64,000 nt of DNA from Pseudomonadota bacterium (GTDB taxonomy: Bacteria > Bdellovibrionota_B > Oligoflexia > Silvanigrellales > Silvanigrellaceae). Location: the NCBI GenBank assembly GCA_039799905.1, contig JBDLRP010000032.1:62070-126069 (forward strand), written 5' to 3'. Of this stretch, positions 1 to 9,965 are shown one piece after another (the stretch's first letter is position 1; every line of letters begins with the position of its first letter). Position numbers and translations under genes: made by a program. The notes below the pieces were generated by a model, which did no database searches, was not told the DNA's origin, and saw only the letters and a list, made by a program, of their open reading frames with translations.

Positions 1-447
1 AGAGTCCGATAGGCGCGACCATGCTTTACTCTTTTCGCTGTTTGAGCGGGCCTGAGCGGCAGCATTATGGCAGCGAATCAATCCGCTCTGGGTCTGGCTC
101 TGTGCGGCCATTACTCCCGTCAATTGGCCATTGAGGAGTGTGGAGATCTTCTGCTGTGACTGCTCTGCGGAAGCAACTGCACGAAGCGAATCGTCGAGTC
201 CTGAGCGAACTGATTCAAGGCCGTCACCGGTGGAGGTCAGAAGGTTTTTAACATCTTCAAGCGAGGTGCGGATGAATTCCTGCACTTCGGCGTTGGCGTT
301 TGCGGACTGCTGACCTGCGAGTTGCCCGAGGCGTTGAACCTGAAGCGCAATTTCGCGGAGAATCAGGTCGACGGCCAAAGGCAGCCCTGTGCTTCCCTGC
401 GGAGCAACAGCGACTGGGGATGCCTCAAAAGTTTGGTTGGCGTTCAC
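1..447 (-). CDS. Hypothetical coiled-coil protein, runs off the window edge
   Basis: Open frame read manually from GTG at 447 (GGAGG 5 nt upstream): VNANQTFEASPVAV...LILREIALQVQRLGQLAGQQ... It is helical, Q/S/A-rich and has no stop before base 1. Not in the ORF track. Confidence 0.6.
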   Translation of the reverse strand, partial: MNANQTFEASPVAVAPQGSTGLPLAVDLILREIALQVQRLGQLAGQQSANANAEVQEFIRTSLEDVKNLLTSTGDGLESVRSGLDDSLRAVASAEQSQQKISTLLNGQLTGVMAAQSQTQSGLIRCHNAAAQARSNSEKSKAWSRLSDS

Positions 448-525
448 GGAATGCCTCCACTCGCCTTGTTACGTCGGCTTCAGACCGTGTGATCGGAGAG
501 TTGGCGAGAGTCTCAAGTCGGTGCG

Positions 526-1452
526 TCATTGGTTCGGACACTGGGCAATTTTTTTCACAAGTGGCTTGAGGCTCTGTGGAACCAAATCTTCCGATTTTTT
601 CTGGCTGAGATCGATTTCAAGATGTTCATCGCTCCAGCTGATCTTGAGCTTCTCTTGAGAACTGAAGCTGAGCGTGACTCCGAAGTCTTTGAGTCGTTCG
701 TTGGCCATTTGCGCTGCTTCTTCCCGATTGCGTGCAAGAGAGAGACGCAGGCCGAGCAAATTGACAGCGGCTGCCATGGCCGGATCGATTACGACCGCAG
801 GACGGGGGGGTGGCGTGGGTGCGGCAGCAGGTGCGGGGGGTGCTGCTGCGGGAGCTGCTTTGCGAGCCGGCTTTTTGAGTTTCACTTTGAGCTTCTTGAA
901 AACTTCATCATCGAGCAGGGGCTGCGAATCATCAATAAAATGTTCCCGTTCACGATTCTGCTGCGCAGACACTCCGACGGCACCGCGCGAAGCTTCAAGA
1001 AGCCCCGAAAGTTTGAGCCGCCCGGGCTCGACTCCGTAGAGTCTGCACAGCCCGTTGGAGAGTTGCTGAACCGTGGCAATCACCGGAACAATTTTCTTGC
1101 CAAGAAAGAATTCGAGTTGGTTGAGGGTGCCTTTGTCTGTCGGGTCTTCGATGAGTGCGTATATTTGGTTTTTTTCTTCCGCAATCGGCAGTACGCAATA
1201 GTGCAGGGCGACGTCGGCTGGAATGATGGCACGCAGCGAATCATCCAATTCTTCAATCACCTGATCGGTTGCCGCCGAGAATCCGTAGTATCTTTGCAGC
1301 AGTTCCTTGATCTCGCCGGGGGTTGCGACGTTTAGAGAACGCAACACGCGGACTGGGTTCTCGCCCAGCTGACGGGAGGTCCTACGGAGTGCGGAGAGCT
1401 CGGTAGACGACAAGTGTCCATCCTGATACATCAATTGAAGCAAATCATGCAT
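526..1452 (-). CDS. GspE/PilB N-terminal-domain protein (T2SSE_N/MshEN-like) without an ATPase domain
   Basis: IPADVALHYCVLPI...DPTD...QLEFFLGKKIVPVIAT matches the GspE N1 domain pattern. A Pro/Ala linker follows and there is no Walker A motif. Confidence 0.65.
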   Translation of the reverse strand: MHDLLQLMYQDGHLSSTELSALRRTSRQLGENPVRVLRSLNVATPGEIKELLQRYYGFSAATDQVIEELDDSLRAIIPADVALHYCVLPIAEEKNQIYALIEDPTDKGTLNQLEFFLGKKIVPVIATVQQLSNGLCRLYGVEPGRLKLSGLLEASRGAVGVSAQQNREREHFIDDSQPLLDDEVFKKLKVKLKKPARKAAPAAAPPAPAAAPTPPPRPAVVIDPAMAAAVNLLGLRLSLARNREEAAQMANERLKDFGVTLSFSSQEKLKISWSDEHLEIDLSQKKSEDLVPQSLKPLVKKIAQCPNQ

Positions 1453-1623
1453 TTCAGTTGTGTCCTCGGCTGTGGGTCAGCTCCCACTCCCCAGAGAATA
1501 CACGGCTTTTTGCAAAGATGTTGGGCAAGACTTTGCGCGCTGACCGAGGGATTGACGTGCGCCTTGAAATCTTGTGGTAATGTGTTTCTGGCAAAGTCTC
1601 CAAGGAGTGAGGGACCCTGATTT

Positions 1624-2217
1624 ATGAGCAAGGCGGATTTGGCGGCCGAGAGAAAACTTCAGATTATCAATGCGACAATCGAGTGCATCGCACGTTATGG
1701 CTACAACAATTTTTCGATGCAGGATGTCGCGCGTATTGCTGACGTTTCGAAAGGAATTATTCATTACTACTTCCTCAACAAGGAAGACCTGATGATGGCC
1801 GTTCTCGACAGAGTGGCCGGCGACATTGAAGGTTTGCTTGCAGGAATTACTGAGAAAACGCAGGATCCCGTCGAACAACTCCGCCAGCTTATTCGCGTCT
1901 GCTTTGACATCGTTCGCCAGAAGCGTGAGTACTATTGCATTAACATGGACTTCTGGACGCAAATAAACCAGAAGGAAAAAGTCAGGCTTGCGGTGGCCAA
2001 GCATTACGGCAAGTTCCGCACGACGACAGCCGCAATTGTGCAAGCCGGAGTTGATGCCGGACACTTTAAGCCAATTGATCCAACCCATGCAGCCAGCGTT
2101 ATTATTGCCATAGTTGATGGCATCTCGTTGCAGTGGCTCTTTGAAGAGAGTTCTTTTCCCTACGATGATATGATCAAGACCAGTGAAGAAGTGGTTCTGC
2201 GTTTTCTGACAAAGTAA
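1624..2217 (+). CDS. TetR/AcrR family transcriptional regulator (BetI-like)
   Basis: N-terminal HTH: IINATIECIARYGYNNFSMQDVARIADVSKGIIHYYF. GAGGGA RBS upstream. Confidence 0.9.
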   Translation: MSKADLAAERKLQIINATIECIARYGYNNFSMQDVARIADVSKGIIHYYFLNKEDLMMAVLDRVAGDIEGLLAGITEKTQDPVEQLRQLIRVCFDIVRQKREYYCINMDFWTQINQKEKVRLAVAKHYGKFRTTTAAIVQAGVDAGHFKPIDPTHAASVIIAIVDGISLQWLFEESSFPYDDMIKTSEEVVLRFLTK

Positions 2218-2253
2218 CGTCTGACAAGAGTTGCAGAGACGAGGCTGCCAAGG

Positions 2254-3414
2254 ATGGACAGTTGGTTTATTACAGACGGGGTCGATGAAGAGTCGATCCT
2301 GCCGCCGCAAAGTCCGGAAGAATACAAACATCTGGTCGGTCTGGTTTCGTCCATCACCGACTTTCCCCGAATGAGTCAAAAAGAACAAAACTCGCTCATC
2401 CGCGAGTTGGAGGCCTATGAGTGTTATCATCAGGTCGACCAACTTCTCCGTTGGCGACTGTCACGGCCCGAGCGGACACACCAGCAATTGATGCAGGATT
2501 ATGTCTGGCTGATGCGGGTTCTGTATCTGGGACTCGACTCCTTTGATGCTTTTGTTGAGGTTGCTAAGAGGTTCATTGCTGAACTGCAGGTTCCGTTTGC
2601 AACCGTCCGTCTGCGGGTGCTGGATGAAATCCTCGGCCCCGAAAATTTCCGCGAGCATGCGCAATTGATGAGCGCAGTGGTCGGAGATATTCACGAGGTT
2701 TCGCAGAAAGTCTTGCTTCTGGAGCGCCTTGCGCTGGTCTATGAAAAGAAGCTCTTCATGGAAACCGAGTTTGAGGCCATCTATCACCAGATACTCAAGC
2801 TCGACAAAACCAACGAGAAGGCGCGGAAATTCTTCAAACTCAGCCACATGCACAACATGGAATGGGCCGAGGCGGCCGAACAGCTGAAGGTTTTGGTCCA
2901 TCATGCTGAAAACCTGCAGGAACGTGTTCGTTATTCACACGAACTGGCGCAACTCTACCTTTACAATCTCAATCAGCCGGGTGCTGCACTGGAGCTCCTG
3001 CGGCCATTGTCGATTGAATATCCCGAAGTCAGGCACTCTTTGATTGAGGCCTTTGAGAGGCTGGACCTTGTGGATGAACTTTTGTCGACTTTGGCGAGTT
3101 TTGAGCGCTCGTCGCGCGACTCCGAGGAAACCAGCCAGTTCAAGTTCAGACGGGGCAATGTGCTGCTTAAAAAAGGCCGGATTGGCGAGGCCGTCACCGC
3201 GTTCCGTGATGCCCTGCACCTTCAGCCTGCATCATTGCTCATCCATGAATCGTTGGTCTCCGCGTTGGTGGAGCTCGGTTCCGTTCAGCAGCTGGGTGAT
3301 GAGTTGGAACGACTGCGGCAGCAGGTGAAGCTCGATTCCAGCCGATCGACCCTCGATGAGTTGATTGAACGGGCGAGGCGTATTAGCGAGACGCAGGTGT
3401 CTTTTGCACCGTGA
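2254..3414 (+). CDS. Tetratricopeptide-repeat protein
   Basis: All-helical, with TPR-like segments such as FRRGNVLLKKGRIGEAVTAFRDALHLQP. Confidence 0.7.
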   Translation: MDSWFITDGVDEESILPPQSPEEYKHLVGLVSSITDFPRMSQKEQNSLIRELEAYECYHQVDQLLRWRLSRPERTHQQLMQDYVWLMRVLYLGLDSFDAFVEVAKRFIAELQVPFATVRLRVLDEILGPENFREHAQLMSAVVGDIHEVSQKVLLLERLALVYEKKLFMETEFEAIYHQILKLDKTNEKARKFFKLSHMHNMEWAEAAEQLKVLVHHAENLQERVRYSHELAQLYLYNLNQPGAALELLRPLSIEYPEVRHSLIEAFERLDLVDELLSTLASFERSSRDSEETSQFKFRRGNVLLKKGRIGEAVTAFRDALHLQPASLLIHESLVSALVELGSVQQLGDELERLRQQVKLDSSRSTLDELIERARRISETQVSFAP

Positions 3415-3439
3415 CTCTCTTTCGATTGGATAAATTCAG

Positions 3440-4777
3440 ATGCCGGCAACTATCAACAATCAGTTTTTGTCGAACGTAAGCCAACCGGAAGTTTCATGGC
3501 GCTGGCCTACCTATCAATCGTGGTTGAACAGGGAGGATTTCTGCACAGTTGATGCGGGAAATAAGCCTTTCTGGTGGAACGTTCTACCTTCTCCTGTCTT
3601 CGAAAAATTCCGCTCGGCTGCGTTTATTGAATGGCGTTATTACTCGATCATCAGCCGCTCTTTTCATGGTATCTGCGGATTTTCCCTCTTCAATCCGGAA
3701 AATCACTTTGCACAGTTTAGCGAAGGCGGACTGATTGCAATCATTGCCGGTGCCCTCGACGGCGCAGCCGAAGCGCTGGCACAAAAAGCTCCCGCCGATG
3801 CACAGCAGCAAGCCGCGCGAATCAAAGAATTATGCTACATGCATGTTTTTCCGATGGACACCGTTATTTTTTACGGACCCAACCGCGAACATGTGCGCGC
3901 GAGTCATGAGGGTATCGAACTGAAAATCGAACAGGTTGATTTTCAGACCGCCGATGTCACATTTGAAATGGAAGGCGGACTGAGCGTTAAAATTCGCCAT
4001 CAGGCCGTCAAAGGTTGTCCTGTTCTTGCGCCGGTCACGGGAACGGATTTTCGCACCATACCGGGTGCTCATTGGACGGTTTTCAATCCTTCGCCTGTCT
4101 CGCAGGTCAATGGCTCGATCATCATCCGTCCGGGTCTGCTCAATCATTGCGAAACTCCGGTCGGGCTCAACAGTCCGAATTTTATTTCTCAGCCGCTCGC
4201 TGAAAAGCTTTACGATGGCTACGTGAAGGTACCGCTCGAAAACGCAGCCGGTTATTATGAGCATAGTTTCGGACTCAATCCGATGCCTCTGCACGGATGG
4301 GATTTTGTTTTTGTTCCATGTCCAGAAGCGCAGGCCGGATTGGTGCTGCAAACGTATCGCGGCAGCCAGCAGGTGACCTATCTTGAGGTCGTTTGGGCTG
4401 AAGCTGACGGTCAGTGGAAGACTCTGCACATCCCGTATTCTGACTGTCAGATCGAATGGGCCGAGACCAACTGGCATCCGCAGATGCGCGTTCACGTCCC
4501 GCGCAAAAGAATCGTCCGTGCCCAGCATCAGGGATACAAAGTCGAGCTGATCAATCAGGTGGTCGGTGAAATTCCCTTTTTGCGTGCGCATTCTCCTGTC
4601 GTACGGCACTTCTTCATTTCCGAGGAAATTTCCCTGTCGAGCTGGACTGTCACAGACCCGCAGGGACGTGTCTGCGTTTCTGTTCAGAATGCCCTTTCAG
4701 GCGGGGAAACTGCGCGAGGCCGCTGGTACTACAACCTCAATGGAATCTTTTCTTTGACTTCATCCAAGCCGTTTTGA
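3440..4777 (+). CDS. Hypothetical protein, possibly tocopherol-cyclase/CrtC/AttH-like beta fold
   Basis: 445-aa ORF in an operon-like arrangement. EWRYY and GYYEHSFG resemble motifs of this clan. Confidence 0.5.
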   Translation: MPATINNQFLSNVSQPEVSWRWPTYQSWLNREDFCTVDAGNKPFWWNVLPSPVFEKFRSAAFIEWRYYSIISRSFHGICGFSLFNPENHFAQFSEGGLIAIIAGALDGAAEALAQKAPADAQQQAARIKELCYMHVFPMDTVIFYGPNREHVRASHEGIELKIEQVDFQTADVTFEMEGGLSVKIRHQAVKGCPVLAPVTGTDFRTIPGAHWTVFNPSPVSQVNGSIIIRPGLLNHCETPVGLNSPNFISQPLAEKLYDGYVKVPLENAAGYYEHSFGLNPMPLHGWDFVFVPCPEAQAGLVLQTYRGSQQVTYLEVVWAEADGQWKTLHIPYSDCQIEWAETNWHPQMRVHVPRKRIVRAQHQGYKVELINQVVGEIPFLRAHSPVVRHFFISEEISLSSWTVTDPQGRVCVSVQNALSGGETARGRWYYNLNGIFSLTSSKPF

Positions 4778-4871
4778 TTTTTTGAACTTAAAGTCAAAAT
4801 TCAGATGGTCCAGTCTACGACATAAAGTGCTACTTTCTTCTTTGAAACTTCAATTTCAGAGAAGAAGAGAC

Positions 4872-5477
4872 ATGAATTTAAAAATTCCTGTATTGTCCAT
4901 AAATATTTTTATGTTGTTTTTATTTCTGCAGCCTGCGCGCTCTTACGGTGCACTGGATGATATTTATATTGTCCAGCGGGCGGGTGTGACATCCTCGAAG
5001 GGCGATTTGTCGAAATACCCCAAGCACCTGAGTTATCAGACGGCGCTTGCAAAGACCTATAAGTCTTATGCACCATCGGTCAGTATAGATTTCGCACATG
5101 AAATTTCGTTCTTATATGATTCATTCAAGACGCGCGGCGAAAATACTTTGCTGTTTCCGCTTATGCCTGCCAGTGAGGCGCGTATTTATGAACCTGCGCT
5201 CTCTTTTGAGGTGTGCGCATTTACCATGAGCCGCGTCCGTCTCTGTGGGGCAGGCGGTCTTTCACTCATGCACATTCAAACAAACATCAAGAACTACCAG
5301 ATGTACACGGGCATCCCTGCACAGATGCGATTGGTCTGGGTTTCACCTGGTTCGCCGTGGACACTTGAAACAGGCGCCCGCTACCGCGCCGTCCGCAACC
5401 GCATAGAAGGCTTTGTCAGCAAGCATGAAGACACGACCTACTTTCTCGGGTTCGGATATCTGAAGAGCTATTTTTGA
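4872..5477 (+). CDS. Putative small outer-membrane beta-barrel protein
   Basis: ATG at 4872, signal-peptide-like N-terminus, amphipathic strands and a terminal Phe (YFLGFGYLKSYF). Confidence 0.55.
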   Translation: MNLKIPVLSINIFMLFLFLQPARSYGALDDIYIVQRAGVTSSKGDLSKYPKHLSYQTALAKTYKSYAPSVSIDFAHEISFLYDSFKTRGENTLLFPLMPASEARIYEPALSFEVCAFTMSRVRLCGAGGLSLMHIQTNIKNYQMYTGIPAQMRLVWVSPGSPWTLETGARYRAVRNRIEGFVSKHEDTTYFLGFGYLKSYF

Positions 5478-5512
5478 TTCATTGAAGAATGCGTACCTGA
5501 GGAGAATCACCT

Positions 5513-6793
5513 GTGAGAAATAAAATCTTTCGTTCAGAAGTTCTTGTTGTTTTCCTATGGCTCTGCGCATCCTGCAGCGTTTCATTGAAAATCGTCGGCG
5601 AAGATCCCGAGACTGACTCTGAACGCAAGGCCATCGACCCGTTGTCGGATGCCGCCAATCCGTCGCATCCGATTTTGCGCTGGAGAAAGGAACAAGCGGC
5701 AACCCGACAAAAGGCTCAATGGGCGACAGAGTCGCAAAAGGCTCGTGCTGCGGTTGATAAGATATCGTCAGGTCCATATTTCAGCTGCGCCACAAATCTT
5801 AAAAAAGAAATCAAATGTTGGGGATATGACCCAAACGGAGCAACCGGAAGAGATGATAGCGGTGTCGACAAAGTCAATTATTTTGAATCCTATATTGGTC
5901 AAGTCCGGAGGGTTGTGAGCGGCCAGACTCACACTTGTGTGCTTGCAAATGACTCAAAGTTAACTTGTCACGGAAAGAACACTGCGGGGCAGTTGGGCGA
6001 TGGCACGACGGATTCGACTTTCAAACCGGTGTCTCCGCTTGGCTTTGCATCGGACGTCAGCTGGGTCGGAGTTAATTCGAATCGGACCTGTGCCATCAAT
6101 CGCACCGGTGATTTGAAATGTTGGGGGAGCGGCTACTCTCAAACCCCACAGCCTGCTTTCAGCCGGCTTGATTCGGTTGTGTCGGTTGCTATGGGGTCAG
6201 GTCATTCATGCCTGCAAGACGCAAATTTTTCAGCGCATTGCTGGGGGTATAACTTTAAGGGACAGCTGGGACTCGCATCGAACCAGTTTTCGTCCACATC
6301 TACTCCTTTCGTCGTCGATGGTTTGACCTCCGGAGTGATTCAAGTTGCTGTCGGAAGTGAACACTCATGCGCCCTTCTCTCTGGTGGAGCAGTGAAATGT
6401 TGGGGCGGAAATTCGCGCGGTCAGCTCGGCAACGGCACAACGGAAGATCAGAAAAGTCCTGTTGAAGTGACCGGCCTGCAAAGTGGTGTGACAGCAATTG
6501 CACTAGGAAATGAGCATAGCTGCGCGCTGATGAACGGCGGCGGAATCAAGTGCTGGGGCCTCAATAGTTCGGGTCAGCTCGGGGACGGTACGAGTGAAAA
6601 TCGCAATGTACCCACCGACGTTGTCGGACTTTCAGCCGCGATTGAACATTTCAGCGCAGGCCCACAGTTTACCTGTGCGATTGACAAAGACTCGACTGCT
6701 TGGTGCTGGGGTGAGAACAGCGGTTTTAACCATCTTGGCAATGGAACTAGCACCGACAGCAACGTTCCGGTCAAGGTCAGCAACTTCAATTGA
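5513..6793 (+). CDS. RCC1/BLIP-II repeat beta-propeller protein, likely secreted or lipoprotein
   Basis: Repeated HSCAL..GG.VKCWG.N..GQLG.GT units. GAGGAG RBS before a GTG start. Confidence 0.9.
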   Translation: MRNKIFRSEVLVVFLWLCASCSVSLKIVGEDPETDSERKAIDPLSDAANPSHPILRWRKEQAATRQKAQWATESQKARAAVDKISSGPYFSCATNLKKEIKCWGYDPNGATGRDDSGVDKVNYFESYIGQVRRVVSGQTHTCVLANDSKLTCHGKNTAGQLGDGTTDSTFKPVSPLGFASDVSWVGVNSNRTCAINRTGDLKCWGSGYSQTPQPAFSRLDSVVSVAMGSGHSCLQDANFSAHCWGYNFKGQLGLASNQFSSTSTPFVVDGLTSGVIQVAVGSEHSCALLSGGAVKCWGGNSRGQLGNGTTEDQKSPVEVTGLQSGVTAIALGNEHSCALMNGGGIKCWGLNSSGQLGDGTSENRNVPTDVVGLSAAIEHFSAGPQFTCAIDKDSTAWCWGENSGFNHLGNGTSTDSNVPVKVSNFN

Positions 6794-6805
6794 AAAATCT
6801 CTCAA

Positions 6806-7945
6806 TCAAACAGTTTTGATTGCACGGACTGCAGAGAGCACTTCGTCCACAGAGAGCATTTTCATGCACTCGTGGGTGCCTGTTTTGCAGTGGTTCGATT
6901 CGCAGCGCACGCAGCCTTGGCTGCGCTGCACGGGAATATGCATGTTCCGGTCGGGATGAGTCCAGTTGATGGCCGACGTGGGACCAAAGATTTGCACCGT
7001 GCGCGCACCACCGGCGACAGCCACATGCGAAAGGCCGTTGGTATTGCCAATCCATACCAAACCCTCAGCCGAAAAAACTGCAGCCTCTGAGAGTGTCAGT
7101 AACGGCGGCACAACAGATGATTCTGGAGTGATGCCAATTTCTTTGAGCTTCGCAGACAGTGACGCATGGATTGAATGGACGAACTCTAATTCTCCCGGCC
7201 CCCAGAACCAGCAAACCTTGAGGCCGTCTTGCGTGATGAGGCGGAGCGCAAGTTCAACAAAATGCTCTGCCGGCCATTGCCGCAACGGCCTGCGGGAGGT
7301 TGGGCTCAGCACAACGAAATTATTTTTAGCAAGTCCGAGCTGTCGGATGAGGTCATTCATCCGCTCTTGCGTCGGCACTGGTGCGGGGATCCAAGAATTC
7401 AGCCATTCAGCGGGTGGTTCATCGATCAGTTGGTTTGCAAGAAAGGGGCTCAGGAGCCGCAGCCGCGCGTGTGCGGCGTAATAGTTTTTCCACTCCGTTG
7501 TGTCGCACAGACGTGTGTACGCCCAATCTCGGTTCCAGCGTGTTTTCACTCCGTGCCGAACTCCGGCCGATGTCAGGCGAGTCATGATGGCGGTCTTGGG
7601 AGTGCAGATGGCATCTGCAACAAAATCAAATCCGCTGGCGCGAAGTTGTTTTAAAAAAGTGAACTCAAGTTGCAAATATCGAATCAGGTCGCGCAGATTA
7701 TCTAAAGGTTTTGTTAACAAATTTTTGATTCCGCGGCGTTTTCGCACGGGATAGTAGACAACTTCATTGAGCGCCGGATGACCTTCCAACAACTGGCGGC
7801 CCATGGGATGCGCAATCCAGGTGATGTGCGCGTTTGGATAAAGATGTCTAAGCGCGAACGCGATCGAAGAACCAAGAAGAATGTCTCCCAGCTGGCGCGG
7901 CAGAATGATCAGGATTTTTTTGAATTCCTGCGGGCTTTCGCTCAT
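6806..7945 (-). CDS. Glycosyltransferase family 9 (LPS heptosyltransferase-like)
   Basis: ILIILPRQLGDILL and GLSHVAVAGGARTVQIFGPT motifs. ATG at 7945 overlaps the upstream stop. Confidence 0.85.
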   Translation of the reverse strand: MSESPQEFKKILIILPRQLGDILLGSSIAFALRHLYPNAHITWIAHPMGRQLLEGHPALNEVVYYPVRKRRGIKNLLTKPLDNLRDLIRYLQLEFTFLKQLRASGFDFVADAICTPKTAIMTRLTSAGVRHGVKTRWNRDWAYTRLCDTTEWKNYYAAHARLRLLSPFLANQLIDEPPAEWLNSWIPAPVPTQERMNDLIRQLGLAKNNFVVLSPTSRRPLRQWPAEHFVELALRLITQDGLKVCWFWGPGELEFVHSIHASLSAKLKEIGITPESSVVPPLLTLSEAAVFSAEGLVWIGNTNGLSHVAVAGGARTVQIFGPTSAINWTHPDRNMHIPVQRSQGCVRCESNHCKTGTHECMKMLSVDEVLSAVRAIKTV

Positions 7946-8862
7946 GCCTGCGCGCCGCCTGCTGGTTTTCTCGACCATTTGCGGTAGTCCCAGCTCCACT
8001 GCCACGGCGAAATCCGAATCACCGCTTCAAGCCAGCGAGCATAAGACGTCAAGATGAGCGCCGAGTTCAGATCGTTATCCGCATGAGCTGTGAAGTGTCG
8101 CCCCTCGAAAGTGTAGAAACCGGGCCACAACCGGCGCGAAGTGACAAACACAAACTCACTCTTCATGCGCGCACATACGTCCACTCCACCACCGGGAAAT
8201 GCGCTCTGAGCACCAAAAAAATCGATAAAAAATCCGGCCGAAGCGGGCTTTTGGTCGACAAGAAGCGCAAGTGCGCGTCCGCTCTTGAGGGCCTGCAGCA
8301 TCGCGCGCGGGAGGTCTTTGCGGTTGGTTTGCAGGACTTCGATTCCGCGCAGGTTGCGGTACCATTCGAGCAGGTTCGTGATCCATTCCCAGCGGCTTGG
8401 TTTGGCCAAAGCAATCAGCCTTTGTTTTCGGTTCACCTGCGAGACCAGCAATGAGTTCAGGCACTGCGCGGTTATTTCAATATTTCCGAAATGTGCGCTG
8501 AGGACGGTCAATGCAACGTTCTTCTGCTGGGCTATGAGTGACGCTTTTGTCACTGATTCGCGGGCGGCCGCATTGTCACGGATGGTGACAAGACCCAGTG
8601 GCCAAAAAATAAAATCCTCTATCAGCAGCAAAATATAGTGAAACAGTGTTGCCGCGGTGGCCATAATCCGCAGTGCGGGTTTGAGTCCCAGCCGCGCGCG
8701 AAAATTTTCGCGTGCCGTGCGCGCAGGAAAAAGCGGCGAGATTGCGATAAAAACGCAGAGTAAAAACAGAAGGAAATAGAGCGGCAGAAGCACGGCATTG
8801 AGCAACAAGTTGCCGCCGATTCTTACTGGGGAACAGTTGTCAGGGCTGCCGACCGCCTTCAC
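7942..8862 (-). CDS. Lipid A late acyltransferase family (LpxL/HtrB-like)
   Basis: HFGNIE motif, LLVDQ, and C-terminal IRISPWQWSWDYRKW. Confidence 0.8.
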   Translation of the reverse strand: MKAVGSPDNCSPVRIGGNLLLNAVLLPLYFLLFLLCVFIAISPLFPARTARENFRARLGLKPALRIMATAATLFHYILLLIEDFIFWPLGLVTIRDNAAARESVTKASLIAQQKNVALTVLSAHFGNIEITAQCLNSLLVSQVNRKQRLIALAKPSRWEWITNLLEWYRNLRGIEVLQTNRKDLPRAMLQALKSGRALALLVDQKPASAGFFIDFFGAQSAFPGGGVDVCARMKSEFVFVTSRRLWPGFYTFEGRHFTAHADNDLNSALILTSYARWLEAVIRISPWQWSWDYRKWSRKPAGGAQA

Positions 8863-8877
8863 GCCAAAATACTCTGT

Positions 8878-9903
8878 TTACTTGTCGTCAGGTGACAGTG
8901 CCGATGCACTGCGGATGCGTTTGTGTTCCGGAAACAAATGGGCCGCCTTGTAGCTGCTTCTGACCAGCGGACCGGAGGCGACTCCGCGGAATCCGATGGA
9001 ATCAGCGAACCGCTTCCAGTGTGCGAATTCATCGGGGTGCACAAAGCGCTTTATCGATAAATGCTTGTTGGAGGGTTGGAGGTATTGTCCAATTGTAACA
9101 ATCTCGACTCCAAATTCTCTCATGTCGCGCAGTGTTTGTTCGATTTCCGCGGGCTCTTCGCCGAGCCCGAGCATCAGCGCGCTCTTTGTGAATGTTTGTG
9201 GGCGAAGGCGCTTGGCGTTTTCAAGAACACGCAAACTTTGGTCGTACTTCGCCCGCGCGTCGCGCACGCGCGGGCTGAGGCGGCGGACTGTCTCGAGGTT
9301 GTGAGCAAACACATCGACGCCATTGCCTGCAAACAAGACCTCGCGCAGAGGCTCCTGCTGACCTTGAAAATCGCCGGCAAGAATTTCGAGAATTAAGCGC
9401 GGATTTTCCTGTTGGATTGCCGCGACAGTTTTAGCGATGTGTGCCGCTCCGCCGTCGGGAAGGTCGTCGCGGTCGACCATCGTGATGACCGCGTAGTCGA
9501 GGTTCATTTTTTTAATGTTGCGGGCGGTGTTGAGCGGTTCGTCGGGGTCGAGCAGGCCGGCAGGATTTCCCGTTTTTACAGCGCAGAATCGGCATCCGCG
9601 CGTGCAGGTGTCGCCCAAGATCATGAAAGTTGCGGTTCCGCTGTTCCAGCATTCAGAAATATTCGGACAGCGGGCCTCTTCGCAAACGGTAAAGAGTTTT
9701 CCCTCGCGCAGATTGCGCTTGATGTCGTAGAGACGCTCGCCCTTGATTTGTTCTGATTTGAGCCAGCGCGGCTTGAGAGGCTTGCCGGTTCTGGCGTTGA
9801 TTTCGGGTGTGACGCTCAGTTCCGCCAGTTGCTCGTGCGACAGGGTGCTCGAATTTTCTTCCTGTCCGACCTGCTGGTTGTTTTCGAGGCTCATGTTATG
9901 CAT
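8878..9903 (-). CDS. lipA: Lipoyl synthase
   Basis: CEEARCPNISEC, radical-SAM CTRGCRFC, DRDDLPDGGA and SGPLVRSSY motifs. Confidence 0.97.
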   Translation of the reverse strand: MHNMSLENNQQVGQEENSSTLSHEQLAELSVTPEINARTGKPLKPRWLKSEQIKGERLYDIKRNLREGKLFTVCEEARCPNISECWNSGTATFMILGDTCTRGCRFCAVKTGNPAGLLDPDEPLNTARNIKKMNLDYAVITMVDRDDLPDGGAAHIAKTVAAIQQENPRLILEILAGDFQGQQEPLREVLFAGNGVDVFAHNLETVRRLSPRVRDARAKYDQSLRVLENAKRLRPQTFTKSALMLGLGEEPAEIEQTLRDMREFGVEIVTIGQYLQPSNKHLSIKRFVHPDEFAHWKRFADSIGFRGVASGPLVRSSYKAAHLFPEHKRIRSASALSPDDK

Positions 9904-9965
9904 CTCCCAAGATAAACGGCTGTCTAACAGCCAGTCCGGTCACCCGCAAGGCAAGGTTGGTCAGC

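Noticed and set aside
425..529. 34-aa minus-strand ORF (MTHRLETL...) starting at an ATGA overlap
   Set aside because: It overlaps the better-supported GTG start at 447, which has a GGAGG RBS, and has no recognisable motif.
1477..2442. Long minus-strand ORF of 321 aa (similar cases at 32562-33605, 529-1335 and 60785-61687)
   Set aside because: These are antisense shadows of clearly identifiable genes and have no motifs.
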